From Takakia lepidozioides (lineage: Eukaryota; Plantae; Bryophyta), in the NCBI GenBank assembly GCA_030704615.1, contig CM060734.1, positions 41,788,001-41,852,000 of the forward strand: a DNA stretch of 64,000 nucleotides, given 5' to 3'. This document shows, one piece after another, positions 12,737-25,674 of this stretch. The notes under the pieces are model-generated. The model did not search any database, was not told the DNA's origin, and worked only from the letters and a program-made list of their open reading frames with translations. A program made the translations under genes and the position numbers. Position 1 is the first letter of the stretch, and every line of letters begins with the position of its first letter.

Positions 12737-14303
12737 AAGTCTACCTATTCAGGGTAACTTTACAACATCCGTGAAAAGCTCAAAGCGCTTATGGTACGAG
12801 GAAGAAAGAAACAAGAATTCCACAAATGCTTTGTACAGTGCTAGTGTGTTTCAAGTTACTTGTTTTAAGGTTGAGTGTACAAGTGATCGTTGTCTCTGTC
12901 AATGAAGGGTTCATTTTTTTGTGTTAGTGCAGTTGTTTCATTTCCTGTCAGAATGTAAATGTTTGCAAAAACAGCTCTGTCCCTTCTATTTCAATAAAAC
13001 CACAGCAGAATCATAAATTTTCATTCGCAATTGCCCAATTTTGCCGGTGTACTACAACATCTGCATCACTGCCATTCCACCATAAACACCTCTGAGGCTG
13101 GAGAGGGAGGGCTCTTCAATGGAGCTGCCTTTCCAAAAGATTGAATGAGAAGTGGATTGCCTAAATGGTGTACCCACATTCAGTGTCAATGCTGTGGCAC
13201 CGCCCCCAATCAAAACAAGCCTCTCCCCCATCTTCTAAAAATGGTCAGTGTAAAGGGACGGAACCTCAACTGAGGGGCAACTTGCCTAAGGCTACTCCTT
13301 TCCTTTTTTTCTTTTTAAAAAATAACTAAAAAGGCCCTGTAGATCATTGATATTATTTTATTTTTTTAAAACCCATCATAAGAGGCTGTGACAGTAGTAT
13401 CCTTCCCATCCCCTTTCATTTTTCTGGAAAAGAAATCCGTCCCTTTCCGTAGACTGACAGCATCAACTCGACAGAATATTATTAAAAAGATACCCTTCCT
13501 ACAGTATTTCCTTAATCCAACATATAAATATTCCAATTCCTGGACTGACTAACCCAAGTTCGGTACCTATATCGAAGGCTCTCCACCGCCCAGTTTGTTC
13601 TCAGGAACGAACGAACACTATGGATGGATGAGAAAATCTGTTCATCTTCAAATCGAAAGGTATTCTTCTGAATGGTTTAAGGAGTTTCATCCTCATCCAT
13701 CCTCCGCTGTCCACAGTGGTATCGGAATGCTCTCGAAGATTTCGCTTGCAGAGCCACGTGTAACGACGAGGAGAGGTCTCCACTCGTTTCCGTCTTCTAA
13801 CTCTGGTTAGTCCGATGGGTACATATTATTCCATTATTTGTTTCCACCGTTGGATATGACATCGAACGGGTAGCAAAAATGAGGCGCGGACGGCTGTGAG
13901 GCGGAGGGGCTTGGATGTGGGCCGTTTCACACTTGTCGGCAGGCGTTCTCCCGCAGAGCTTCTGAAGGCCATGTCATGTTGGGATTGTAGGAGCAGCGGG
14001 GGAGAGAGACGAGAGAGAGCGACGGATCAGAGCATTGTAACCGCTTTTTGTGTGTTGCTGTGACTTGGGTTCGGGCTGTTTTCTTCACGGGCTTTAGAAA
14101 TCAGAGGATTTGAGAAGAGGGAGGGGGAGAGAGAGAGGCGGTGGTGTTTTGCGATTTGAATTAGAATCTTGCTGTCCTTCATTGGTGAACAGCATTCGGG
14201 TGTTACAGAGGCTTGTAGAATCTGGCAACCCCATGTGAGCGGGTATGTCTTTGTGAGAAAGAGGTTTTATGCAAGACATCATCGACATTTAAGCTAAGCA
14301 AGG

Positions 14304-17300
14304 ATGGCGCACGCCATGGCGTCTGCCCCATCCTTACACAGTCAAGTGTCTTTGTGTGCTCATCGGTCAGGCCCGAAGGCGACCGGGTGCTCTGTTGGCA
14401 TACGTTTCCCTCAGAGTACCATTGGCATGGCGCCATGTATCTTAATTGTGAAACAATTTGTGCCCTCGAGCAGAAGCACACATCTGTGTAGCCGAAATCG
14501 CATCGTAGTTTCATTCCTTAAATCAGCGAGACAGCAACGTTTGACCAGGGTTGCACATTGGTGTCGGTCGGGAAGGAATCCTGGTGTGAGAAATTTCAGT
14601 AAACGAGAGGGGGCAGATGAGGAGAATGCACAGGGAATTCCCGATGATATATCTATTAGCTCAATGCTCATAGAGATGAAGGGTAAATACGGCGCCTTTG
14701 GCGGGGCCACATTGGAGAAATCAAAGTTGGATATGTCTCAGAGCACAGTCAAGACTTCGCCTCAGGTACTTTCAACGCCAATGTGTGTGTGTGAGAGAGA
14801 GAAAATGTACGCAGGAGATGTTGTTTGCAGTAGCCTTGTGGCCGTAGACCCTGCGCCCAGTTTCGGCAAAACAAGAGGAACAGACACGACCTTTGTGAGG
14901 GGCTCACGGACTTACCTTGGTGTAAACAATTGGTTCGGGCTGTCCAGATTTTCTTTACAAAACTCTTCACGCACTCTGCTGTGTGTGAGTTCCCCAGCAC
15001 TTGGACCGCAACTGGGCCAGGGCTTTAGGCTCAGCCTCGGAACATTGTCCCTGTATTCTTGATGGTCCTGAGAATACCTCGGACATTGTATCAACAAATG
15101 GATATTGTCTTGAGGCCACCTGCACATCGGGCACTGACAATCTCCCTTTCCTCTCTGTATCTGTTTATTGTTCGAAGGTGGACCCGTCGCCCTGAGATTA
15201 AATTTCAGTCTAAGGACCAATGGTAGGCAGGCCCAGAGAGATGATTTCATATAAGCTTCTCTGTTTGGTGCATCTCCTCTGTATGGTGGAGCCATAGCAA
15301 AATTCAGAAGAATGCCAGACAGAGGTTTTTGGTTTATTTACTCCTCATCTGTGGTTTTCCGGCTTCCTGTATTGTGGAGGGTTTGCATTTGTTTGACCAC
15401 TTTGGGTGGCCAGGACACTTTTGTGCTCAATTGCCAATCTGGAGAGTGAAATGTACCCTAATGTTTACAAGTTGCGGCTGGACTTGACTCGAATGTACAG
15501 TGTGATGCACTGGACTTTAGTTGTTGATTGTGTGGATGGGTCTGTTTGATGCTTGGTTGCCCTTTGAGTTGAACTATGGACCAGAGTCGGCAGTACTATG
15601 AATTTACATAAGAGCATGGGGCAACCAAGCATCAAACAGACCCATCCACACAATCAACAAGCTAGCAACAGGCAGACAAAGGGCAGCTGGGTCTACTAAA
15701 CCAGTCACTAGTATAGAGGCCAAGGTCGATCGAGTGCTGGCCTGCAGTAAATGACCTCAGCCTTTCAAAACTGTCTACTGTAACATTGGTTCTGTGTGGT
15801 TGATTATTCACCTTTGTAGCTGACTTTCAGTTGCACAACTTCGGATCAAGTATTTACCCAATATAGTTATATTAATCATGTGGCAGCTGGAGGCTGGCGG
15901 CGGCGGGGGCAACATAGGCAACAGGAATCACCATGGAGGTGGGGATGGAGGGGATGACGGAGGCGATGACGATGATTACTTTGGTGACGAGGATGATGGT
16001 GATGATGGTGATGATGGGAGTCTGTTTGGTAGGCGCCTAGCTCTGCCTGAGGTTAGTCTATTTCTGTCTCGGGGTTGCATCTGCACCATGTACTAAAAGT
16101 GCTGGTCAGGGTTTAGCTCTCATAGGTGGAGAAGCCTTGCATTTCAGAAGTCTGTTTGTTTGTGGGTGCCTGTATATGGTTGGTGGATATCAGTCGTGTC
16201 ATTTTGAGCTGACCTGGGGATGGGCTCCTGGGTGGTCCTGTCCATGCGACGACAGGTGTTTGATCTCAAAATCGTTGAGGCTGTTCTGCAAGAGTGGTAC
16301 AAGACCGCCAGCGATTTACCGGCAGGGATCCGACAGGCAGTTCAACTGGTGCGTCTCCTCTTTCAGCGCCAGTGAAACTTGTTGCAGTTGTAGTAACTTT
16401 GCATCAACTTTATACTTATTCACAGGAGAATTATCTTGAATGATGTCTTTACAACTGACACGGCTTTAAATGTGAGATATAGAGGAAAGCATGCGCCTGA
16501 TTCTGATGTGTCTACTAGACATCAACACTATCGGTGACATCTGCTCTAGATTTAGGTTCTCTGGGAGATTTCCAGTAAGGTTCTCTTCAAATTGGACCAA
16601 AAATTCACAAGTTAGCACCAAAGCAGCAGAGAATGGCAGAAGGCAAAGAATGCCGCCTGAGGCTACTGCTCTCTGCAACCTCAACATAAGACACGAGTGG
16701 ATCAAAGATCACATGCAGTTTGTTGAAACTGCCCTCATCCCTGGGCTATCTGATAGTGGTAGATGTTAACTGCTGGATGGCGTGTGGCTTTTGGATGCTG
16801 AACAAATCTGAACATCTGATGCTTGGAGTTTACAAATGAGTTTGAGGTTGCCAAGCCCTATACTCTCCAAGGGATGATACAGCTCAGCATTGGTCTATTT
16901 TGGTTGCCAGAGGAATCCTATTTTGACAGGTCTCAAAACTGCAGTAACTTACCAAAGTTTGGACTGAGAAAGTAGAGAAAGATTATAAAGGTTACTGACT
17001 GTGGCTTTTACTGATGAACAGGGTCTAATAAGCTCGGGACAAATGGTGAGATTTTTGTCAGTCAATGCAAGGCCTACAATGTCAAGGGCTGTGTCACGGG
17101 TTTTACCCCCCTCTGTCTCCAGAGCCTTCAATGGTAACTCCCTGACTGAACTGTTGACCATTAGAGTCCTCATCCCACATCTTTGGTTGATAGAAAAGAA
17201 AAGAAAAGAAAAACATTCCCCGTCTTATTTGCCTTGTAGTGTTCAAGGTAACTTACACTAGAACACTAAAGAATAGCATGTGACCGCTTAAAATTCCTGG

Positions 17301-19021
17301 CAGATTTTGAGAATCTTGTATCTTTGTATGTGTTGAGTCTGCAGATTGCTAGCTGATCCAGCGTTCTTTTACAAACTAATGTTGGAGCAAGCTTTGACTA
17401 TTGGCCATGGTGTGTGGTGGGAAGTGAAGCATCGTGGGGACAGGTTAGTGTGTACCAAGATGATTTATTGAGCTTGTTGAGTGTGGATTTTGCTAGGGAA
17501 ATTCTTGAATTCTAGCATCAATTACATTAGTTTTAGAAAGGTTCAGATCATTAAAAGCCCATATATTTTTTGCAGTCATCGGTGTTTCAACTGATCATCT
17601 GAGATTCAATGCCCAGATGGATGAAACAAATCTTGCCACACTAAACAGATGAAGATGGGATTTTGTTTTGGATGGTAGGAGTTTGGATGCCTCATGCTCA
17701 CTCTTATATGTTTGCAGGATAAAGCAAGAGTGGGATTTGGCAGCAGCCAATGTACTGACTCTTGCTGTTTGCAACGCTGCCATCGTTTGGTCTCTGGCCC
17801 CAAGTAGGTCCTATGGCTCAACATTCAAATATGATTTTCAGAACACAATTCAAAAGCTACCCAACAACGTTTTTGACAAGAGCTATCCTCTCCGTGAATT
17901 TGACTTGCAAAAGAGAGTCCACAGTTTTTTTTACAAGGCGGCAGAGCTCAGCCTGGGAGGCGTGGCAACCGGGGCTGTTGGGGCAGGCGTTTCCAGGCTC
18001 AGTCTACTGTTAAGAAAGCAGCATCAGTACGTTTTTCTACCTTACCTAATCAGGTAGGAATGGAGAGGGGAAGGAGAGTGAGAGGATCTCCAGGAAGAAA
18101 CCTCACTGCCCAGTAATCTCTACTATTGAATGAGCAGCTCCCTTTTAACCTATGTGTTAATTCAATTTTGAGGTTTGGATCAATGGAGCAACATTTTGTC
18201 TCCATCAGTGGATTTTTATCTGTCCATTGTCCATTTCTGGGGGTGTGATTTGTGCTCTAGGACAAGTTACACTTGGGGGTTCCTCTCTCTGTTGGACATG
18301 GTGATTCAAGGTGATTCAAGGACATTTTAATGTATTGTTGTTTGTGGTCACATCTTGGTCAGGATTTTTGGTGTAGGTCTTACTGAGGGTGAACGTTTGG
18401 TCTCAACTTGTGGCCTGTTTTGTTTGTGACTTCAGACCATCTGTTCCGGTTCCCTCATTGAGTACGAATGCTTTCAGCTACGGGGCATTTTTAGGAGTTT
18501 CTGGGAACCTGAGGTATCAACTGCTGTATGGAGCAGAGAGGGTAATGCAAGATAACTTCAACCATTTGGGAGTCGTCATCTTCCTCAGCTCTGCACTCAG
18601 GTTTGGATCACTAGCCCCTGATGTTTAGCGCTAGAAGTCAATGGCTGTTGAGCAGCAAAGTATGAATGCTTTGTGGACCATTCAATGGTCTTTCTCCCAT
18701 GGTCAAATCTTGTAATATGAAAATGTTGCTTTGTTGTCATGGTATTCCAGGTTCTTGAATATTCAAGTTGGAGATATGACACGTCTGTCATGGCTCGGAC
18801 TTGGGGAGCTAGTGGCAGCTCAACCAGAAGGTCTCCAAAAGGCCTACCATCGGCCATCGTTCTCACCTGATTCCATGGCACGATGGTTTATTCCATCCAG
18901 GGGTCTCATATCTGGTCTCTTTGAGGGAAAGAGTGAGCAGAGTAAGGAGGGAAGGCCACATGTGCCATCTGATGTATTTGCTAAGAGGAAAGTGAAGCGA
19001 AAAGTTACAGCTGGTCGATGA
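14304..19021 (+). CDS. RETICULATA-related (DUF3411) chloroplast envelope protein, At5g24690-like, multi-exon
   Basis: Transit-peptide-like N-terminus, YGAFGGATLEKSKLD, a Gly/Asp-rich GGGDGGDDGGDDDDYF stretch, ADPAFFYKL, KQEWDLAAANVLT...LPNNVFDKSYPLREFDLQKR and YGAFLGVSGNLRYQLL. Confidence 0.9.
14880..15300 (-). mobile_element. LINE 3'-end relic inside intron 1 of the RETICULATA-related gene
   Basis: Translates to RGKGDCQCPMCRWPQDNIHLLIQCP, a LINE ORF2 C-terminal CCHC/zf-RVT-like motif. Homologous to 20170-20380. Confidence 0.65.
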
Positions 19022-20039
19022 GTGGTCACTATCCTTGGGTACACAACTATTGTCAATCATTATCGTAGGGTGCAGGAGATGGCAACAGACCTTCCAAACC
19101 TGCATTTCTAAGGTGAGGTACATGGAGTCCTTCGACCCAGGTGATGAAATTTTGTGGCCCGATGTCATGTTGTCCGAGATCTGCAAATTTTTGGCGCAAG
19201 ATACTTTCCAGGCTCTGGACTGTGTTGTCAGTCACTGCGTTATGTGAGTCACTCGAGAGTAACCGTGGTTATTTTGGTTTTTCAGGGAGAGCCAGATCCA
19301 CTTGTCTACCTTGGTGACAGAAGGAACGACGGTCTTACAGACAGAGGTCTTACATATCTATGTAACTCGGTTTGTAACAGGATTGAGGATGACATTTGAA
19401 CAGTTTTCGATCGGCCAGCATGAAGAACAATCTGTCATCAGTAGTGGGATGCAGATCACCATAGAGTTTTATTTTTTCAGTAGGGGGCATGAGAAACTGT
19501 TGGTGTATGGTGATTTGGGTACAAGAAAAGGAAGAGGTACCATTCTTGAGGCCAGCAAAGCCTAGTTTACAATATGCATTAGGAATAGCATGTAATGCAC
19601 CAGTGGCCCAGGTAAGATACTACCCCGTCTTGACAAAGGGAAATGAAACTTATTGTGAAGCAACATGTGCTTAGCATGCAGCTTTAGTAAGCATCTGTGC
19701 ACCTTTTTTTTTGTGGGGGGGGAGGGGAGGGGAAATATCCGGGAGTCACGGCTCACAAATCACGCCCCTTAAATATAGAGAGAGAAAATTACCTCTTTAA
19801 GTCAGTGCCAAGCTCAAGGCTCTATTTACTACTCTATTTAGTGTCACATTTCATCCCTTTCAAAAACCCAGCTGCCTACAACTGGCAAATGGTATCTGAT
19901 GAATTCTAAAAATCAATCTTGGAGAATCTCAAACTTTGGGATAGCATGCATAACCACGCTCTGCAACAGAGTGTGGTAGCCTATTTTGGTATGCACTAGC
20001 CTTTGCAAACTATATACATAGAGGAGACTATATAGAGGA

Positions 20040-20420
20040 TTGAAGGACTGCTCACAAATCAGGACCCTTAATTATAGTGAGAGCAGAAAAGGAAACCTCT
20101 TTCCTAGTAACCTTGCCATGAAGCGCCGAGCACAAGGCCCATGGGACACCGCCCCAAGGGACTAGGGACAATGTTCTAGATGGTCTTGAAGAGGGTCACT
20201 CTCTGGTATATCCTGGACAATATATCAGAAGATAGATATTGTCTTCAGGTTGTCCGCTCATTGGGCAATTGCAATCTCCTCTTCCTCTATGCATCTGTTT
20301 ATTGTTCGAGGGTAGGCTCTCCGCCCCTGAGTTTAAAATCAGTCTAGTGCTGAGGGTAGGTAGGCCCCTAAGATCATCCTCAATGTGCACGCCCATGTCA
20401 CAGACTGAAAACAAGTTCAG
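20040..20420 (-). mobile_element. LINE 3'-end relic (second family member)
   Basis: RGRGDCNCPMSGQPEDNIYLLIYCP. Nucleotide similarity to 15050-15240. The gctcacaa(a/t)tca tail motif also occurs at about 19750 and 45450. Confidence 0.65.
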
Positions 20421-22129
20421 GGAAGTTTTATGCCTAACTTCATTTCATTGGAGAGTCTTTGGCATCAGACATGGCTTTGGAGACAATCCCCTCCGGGGGG
20501 AAGATAATCCATGGGACACCTCCACATTGAGGGAACGGGGAGAAGATAAGTAACACCACACCCGACAAGGTAGGTCAACCCAGCATCACCTGCGCACTGT
20601 CCATCTGAGCTACCTACTGGTGGTTCAGACACCATCCAACTGAGCTACCGACTTGTGGTTGATGGAGATCATTTAGGTGATGGGTGTTCTAGATGAGGGA
20701 GAAAAAGTAAGGGTTTCTGATGCCAAGACAGAGGAAAAGAACATAAACTGAGGTGGAAGGAAAAAGTACAGCAGAGATAAGATCTAACAATTGATCTGAG
20801 ACTCTTGCTCAACATTCAGATGCGTTGCGATTTTTCCAATGTCTTCAATGGATGTCAGGCTCATCATCTGATTCTGGGTCTTTGCACCCTTCTCTTCAAA
20901 GTTAGAAAAACAGGTGGCCAACCTGCCAGGCGGTTCAATCTTGGAAAGGAAAGCAGAGTTGACTAATTGTCTCCGTATCAACATACACAATTACCCTCAT
21001 AGCAGAACTGAGAGTTTTGCAATGTACACCAAGAGAATTCTTGAGCCGGCCATTTTGATCATCCAGACACCGGAGGGTGCATGTGCTCTTGCTACCTACA
21101 TTTACTCCGAGCCACTAGGTCTCATAAAAAAAGAAAAAAAGTATGACGCCTCCCAAAGGAAGCTTACGTTATGGCGTCTCAGCACAGTTAGATCCACATG
21201 CCCATAGCATAAAAGATACTTGCACCTTCATGAATGGCACATCAAAAGAAGAAATTTCCAAAACTGTTTCGCATTTGGTCTACAGAGCAAGACTCCGTCT
21301 CTCTTCTTTTCCTTGTGTTGTTGGGTTGCCCTCTGATTCCTTGCTTTCTTGCATTCTGTTTTTTTTGCTTCCTTGGTATTATGGTCATTTGGGTGGTTTC
21401 CCCTCTGTAAGCCTTCACACCCTCCTGGTGGTTCAAATTTTTCCACCGATAGCCAACCCCTAATAAACGTGTAGAGGCTCTCCAATTTAATTGGCGCCTG
21501 TATGTGAGGCCTACATGGCGATTGCATGCTGGCTCTGCCCTAGTGCATTTCGTGCCCACATGGCTATTGCATGATTAGGCCACTTGGCTATAGGTATGGA
21601 AACGGCAGGAAGAGGTGAGCGGTAGTGGCGAGACACTTTGGCGAGAGTCTTCTGTGTAAGCGGAAGAAGGTCCATGTTAGTTTGACGAGAGAGTCTGAAC
21701 GTGGAACAAAGTTGATTGGGGACTGACCCCTTGGGTAGGATTTTACATTGCACCTCATTCTAAATATATGTAAGATGGTAGACGGAGACTTTGATCCAGC
21801 AGTTGTGGTGATGAATTTGGTATAAGGTACGATTGTCTTCTACGTCATGCTAGTTTTGATTAGTTTGTGCAAGATACCTAATGATTTACAATATACTATT
21901 ACACAACGAGCTGGATAAAGACAGCCATACCTGCATTGTAGCTTATGGTAGCATGTTGGAGCACTCAGAAGGAGCTGATCAGTGATTAGGATGTTTCAAA
22001 TGTAGTGATACATGGTGTTTTATGTATATATATGTGTATAAATATCTTAATAAAAATACACTATCTATAGTATATTTGAGTTTTTGAATAGTCCATTGTA
22101 TAAAATTATTTCATGTACTTTTCAATGTT

Positions 22130-22620
22130 TTGGTGGACATAAACTTGTACGATCAGATGCTCAGATATTGATTAATAATTTGAAGCTATGATCAATAAGC
22201 AATCAGCCATGAACGGTAGACAATCAACTATTAACAAAGGTAATTGATATTTGCCAAAGCGACAAAGCAAAAGCTTTACGATCAGCTTATAAATGATTTA
22301 CATGCTTATGGAATTGTTTGTTTGGACCCACATACAATTAGAACTATAATTAGAATAAACGTAGGCATATCATGGATTATGTTGTTTTATGTTGTGGTCT
22401 CTGTATCAAAGAACATAATCCTCGTTTGAACTTTTTCAAATTGGATTCGTATATAACACTACAAATTTGTTCCAAATGATTGTTTTCTCGACACGATTGT
22501 TTCCTAATGAAAAGTGGAATGTCTTTATTAGCATTTGCGGCAACATGTTTAAAAGAGGGTTTAAAAATGATCATTGTAAATTCGTATTGCTGATATGCAA
22601 TCATTTGACATGCACCTAAA
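22130..22620. repeat. AT-rich dispersed repeat, inverted homolog of about 47900-48390
   Basis: caatcagccatgaac...caatcaactattaacaa...gctttacgatcagcttataaatgatt and downstream blocks align to the reverse complement of 47900-48390. Confidence 0.7.
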
Positions 22621-23769
22621 GGATAAGTTCTTGTATTCATCGAGCTTTTTGATCTCAGTTTTGACAAGAAAGCGGTCAGAAGTACCAATGTCGATACGAT
22701 CAACCAACATTTTACATGGAGTACATTCGGAAGAGGAAACTTTAAACATAATCTCAATAAATGATGAATAAAGTGGTATATGGACCAAATGGTATATTTG
22801 GACTTCATAAAGTGGTATATTTGGACTTCATATTAATTGAAACTTCTAATTCATACATGGTATGTAGTGTGAAAAGAAAAGCTCGTCATCCATGTTGGAT
22901 ATACTCCTAATTTATGTCACCAACAAAATAGCGGAAGAGAAAATGCAAACAAAACTATTCAGTCTAAATCATCACAAAATGAGCCCATAGAGCATGTGAT
23001 TACATACATCAACACCGTACCCCCTATCCCATTCAAAACACCCATACCCTTGAAATTAAATAATATGCATTGACGGGTGTTTAGATACTAGTATTCCTAA
23101 CAAATACACCATTACAATATCAATAATGGTGCAGCTAGATGCCTACGCAATTTTCTCTTCACTCCTCAATGATGTAAGTTTTATTGATCAAAAAAATGTA
23201 TGTCTGATATATCAGTGTATTATCTTCTCCATTCTTCAACTTAATATAGGAAAGATGTATTGTTTTCATGTCACTGAATACATTTCTAGTATCTATTCGT
23301 AAGTCTAGAAAATCTGACATAAATCTCACCCTCAACAACTAATAGATACTACATCTGCAACCATGCTACCGATGGACAAGTTTTTTAGTTCCATCTACAT
23401 ATATGGGATTTGCTTCATATTGCGCAGAATGTAATACTTCATTTTTAAAATAATTTATGTTTGTAACTCAGAGTATACAAGGTATCAAGATCTGAACATA
23501 TCATTGATCCCTTGCCCACTAATATTGTCGTGGGTTTTGTAGAGGGTTTTTTTCACAAATGGAATGGAGTTGGCATGTGTGTTATTCGAAAACAGACACA
23601 CAATTTGTGCTTGAAATTTGAGTGAGTGAAATTTATATCTTTATCCGGACAGAACTGTGGCCGTCTATTGAGTGCGATGGGAAGGCGCAAGTGTCGGAGT
23701 AAACAGACCGAGATTCTGCGCCAAAGAGTTGTTCTCTAAGGAAGATTCACAATTGTTCTGGAACATGTC

Positions 23770-24345
23770 TTGGCTACCCGGTTTGAGCTTCAGGATGGCT
23801 CCATCTTCTTGGAGAAAGAGGTGTACGATTTGGACGGGAAGTTGTTGAAATACTCTTTCCAAAACCGTGATGAGACGGCTCATGTCAGCCAGTGGAGAGT
23901 GCGCCCTGGTAGATACAGAGTGCTTGGGGAGCCACGGCGAAAGTCCCTTGGATCATATGTGACGCCCGGGACTGCTGCTTCAGTCGTTGAAGACAAGATG
24001 GAGGTGGTGGTGAAAAAAAGAATAGACGTCCTCCTTGAGCGTTCGGATTCGTCCGATGATGACATAAATGAAATTCCAACTCCAATCCTTCCTACTGTAG
24101 TTGTGGAAGCGGATGAAGAAGACATTTGTAGTGACATTCCAAAACTACGGGCGATGGGAGGAATGGCAGGTTTCAAAAATGAGTTGCGAGGAATTGATTG
24201 GGAATCTTTGAAGCAAGTTCCTGTGAAGTTCCTGCCAGAGAGTTTTGATGGGGATATCCTATTCGAGCTGCCTCCTCCTCCACGAGTTGGAGATATAACA
24301 AGCATGATGCACGGAATGGACAAGAAACACGACGGGCACCAGAAC
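23770..24345 (+). mobile_element. Truncated ORF, probably the N-terminus of a DNA-transposon (MULE-like) protein
   Basis: 214-aa ORF containing IDWESLKQVPVKFLPESFDGDILFELPP...MHGMDKKHDGH, a pattern I recall from bryophyte transposon-associated proteins. It is cut off by the adjacent inverted-repeat element. Confidence 0.4.
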
Positions 24346-24388
24346 ACATTATTGTGCATGGATGTAATTCTGGATTTTCTAAGCTTGA

Positions 24389-24718
24389 TGATTGATGGAT
24401 GGTGCCACTGTTAAGTGGCTGATATGTCTGTTTATTCTTTCATGACAACGACCCTAGGGGTCCTGTCTTTGTCTTGACATGACAAAAAGTATCTTCCCTC
24501 TCTTTTGTGCTGCTCACAAAAAAAAAACCCACAGAGGGAGAGAGGGGGTAGAAAAAGTTAAAAAGAGAGAGGGAGAGAATGGGAAGATATTCATGTCATG
24601 TGAAGACATGGACAAGACTCATTAGGGTCATTGTCAATTAAAGACATAAACAGCCGGCACCATCTAACACTTCCAGTCTTGTCATAGCAGACCAAGTGAC
24701 AACACCCATTCAATCATA
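24389..24718. mobile_element. MITE/foldback-like element with long imperfect inverted arms
   Basis: Left arm atgattgatggatggtgccact...ctgtttattcttttcatgacaacgaccctag...gacatgac...tatcttccc pairs with right arm gggaagata...gtcatgt...ttagggtcattgtcaattaaagacataaacag...agtgacaacacccattcaatcat. Confidence 0.7.
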
Positions 24719-24762
24719 ATAAAATAGGGTGGGAGGGCGGGGTTTATTCATGTTCAAATTCC

Positions 24763-25250
24763 TGTAAGTAACCCAAGACATGCACCATGCAAGGCTCCTT
24801 GGGTAGTTAAGAATAGCATGCCCTGCTATAGATTCAGGGTATGTTCATACAAGCACCTTGAAGGACCAGCCTGCAATTTACTAGATTTCAAACATGCATC
24901 CAAGTAATCTTCTTGGGCATGACAAAACATATTGCAGCTTCACTTTTTGCCATTTGTAAGTACCCCAAGACATGCATCATGCAAGGCTCCTTGGGTAGGT
25001 AAGAACAGCTTGTCCTACTACAGACTCATGATATGTTCATACAAGTACCTTGAAGGACCAGCCTGCAATTAATCAGATTTCAAACATGCAACCAAGTAAA
25101 CTTCTTGGGCATGACAAAACATATTGCAGCTTCACTCTTTGCCATTTGTAAGTACCCCAAGACATGCATCATGCAAGGCTTCTTGGGTAGGTAAGAACAG
25201 CCTGCCATACTACAGATTCAAGACATCAACCTATACAGGCACCTTATGGA
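24763..25250. repeat. Tandem repeat, 192-bp unit, about 2.5 copies
   Basis: Units start tgtaagta..ccaagacatgca at 24763, 24955 and 25147. Confidence 0.92.
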
Positions 25251-25674
25251 TAATGTCGGACTAGGCACAATTAAATTCTGACACATGTGTGATAATAATA
25301 AGCCCAACCCCAAGTAAAAGTTCACGTAAAATTAGTTCTCCCAACACCAACCAATGATGGACCTCCAACACATCAGGCTTCATGGGCATTCCAAGACCTT
25401 TTTCTCCCCCCATGGCCTCCAAATTCAAAAAGGTCTAGATGCACTTTACACACCACGGTGAAAAAGGGGTAGGGGCATTTAATAACTTATTCCCCAGAGT
25501 GATAAGCTACCAAGAGGCTGGGCTATATACTCTATTGGCAAAAGTTTATTATACGCAACGATGAATTTTTAAAGACCGTCATCTACTTTTATCAACTAAA
25601 AAGTGAGCCGCATAAAATACAAACCGAGTTGCAAGCTTGGTGGGGAAATGGGCTCGGATGTTTGGCCACCACAT

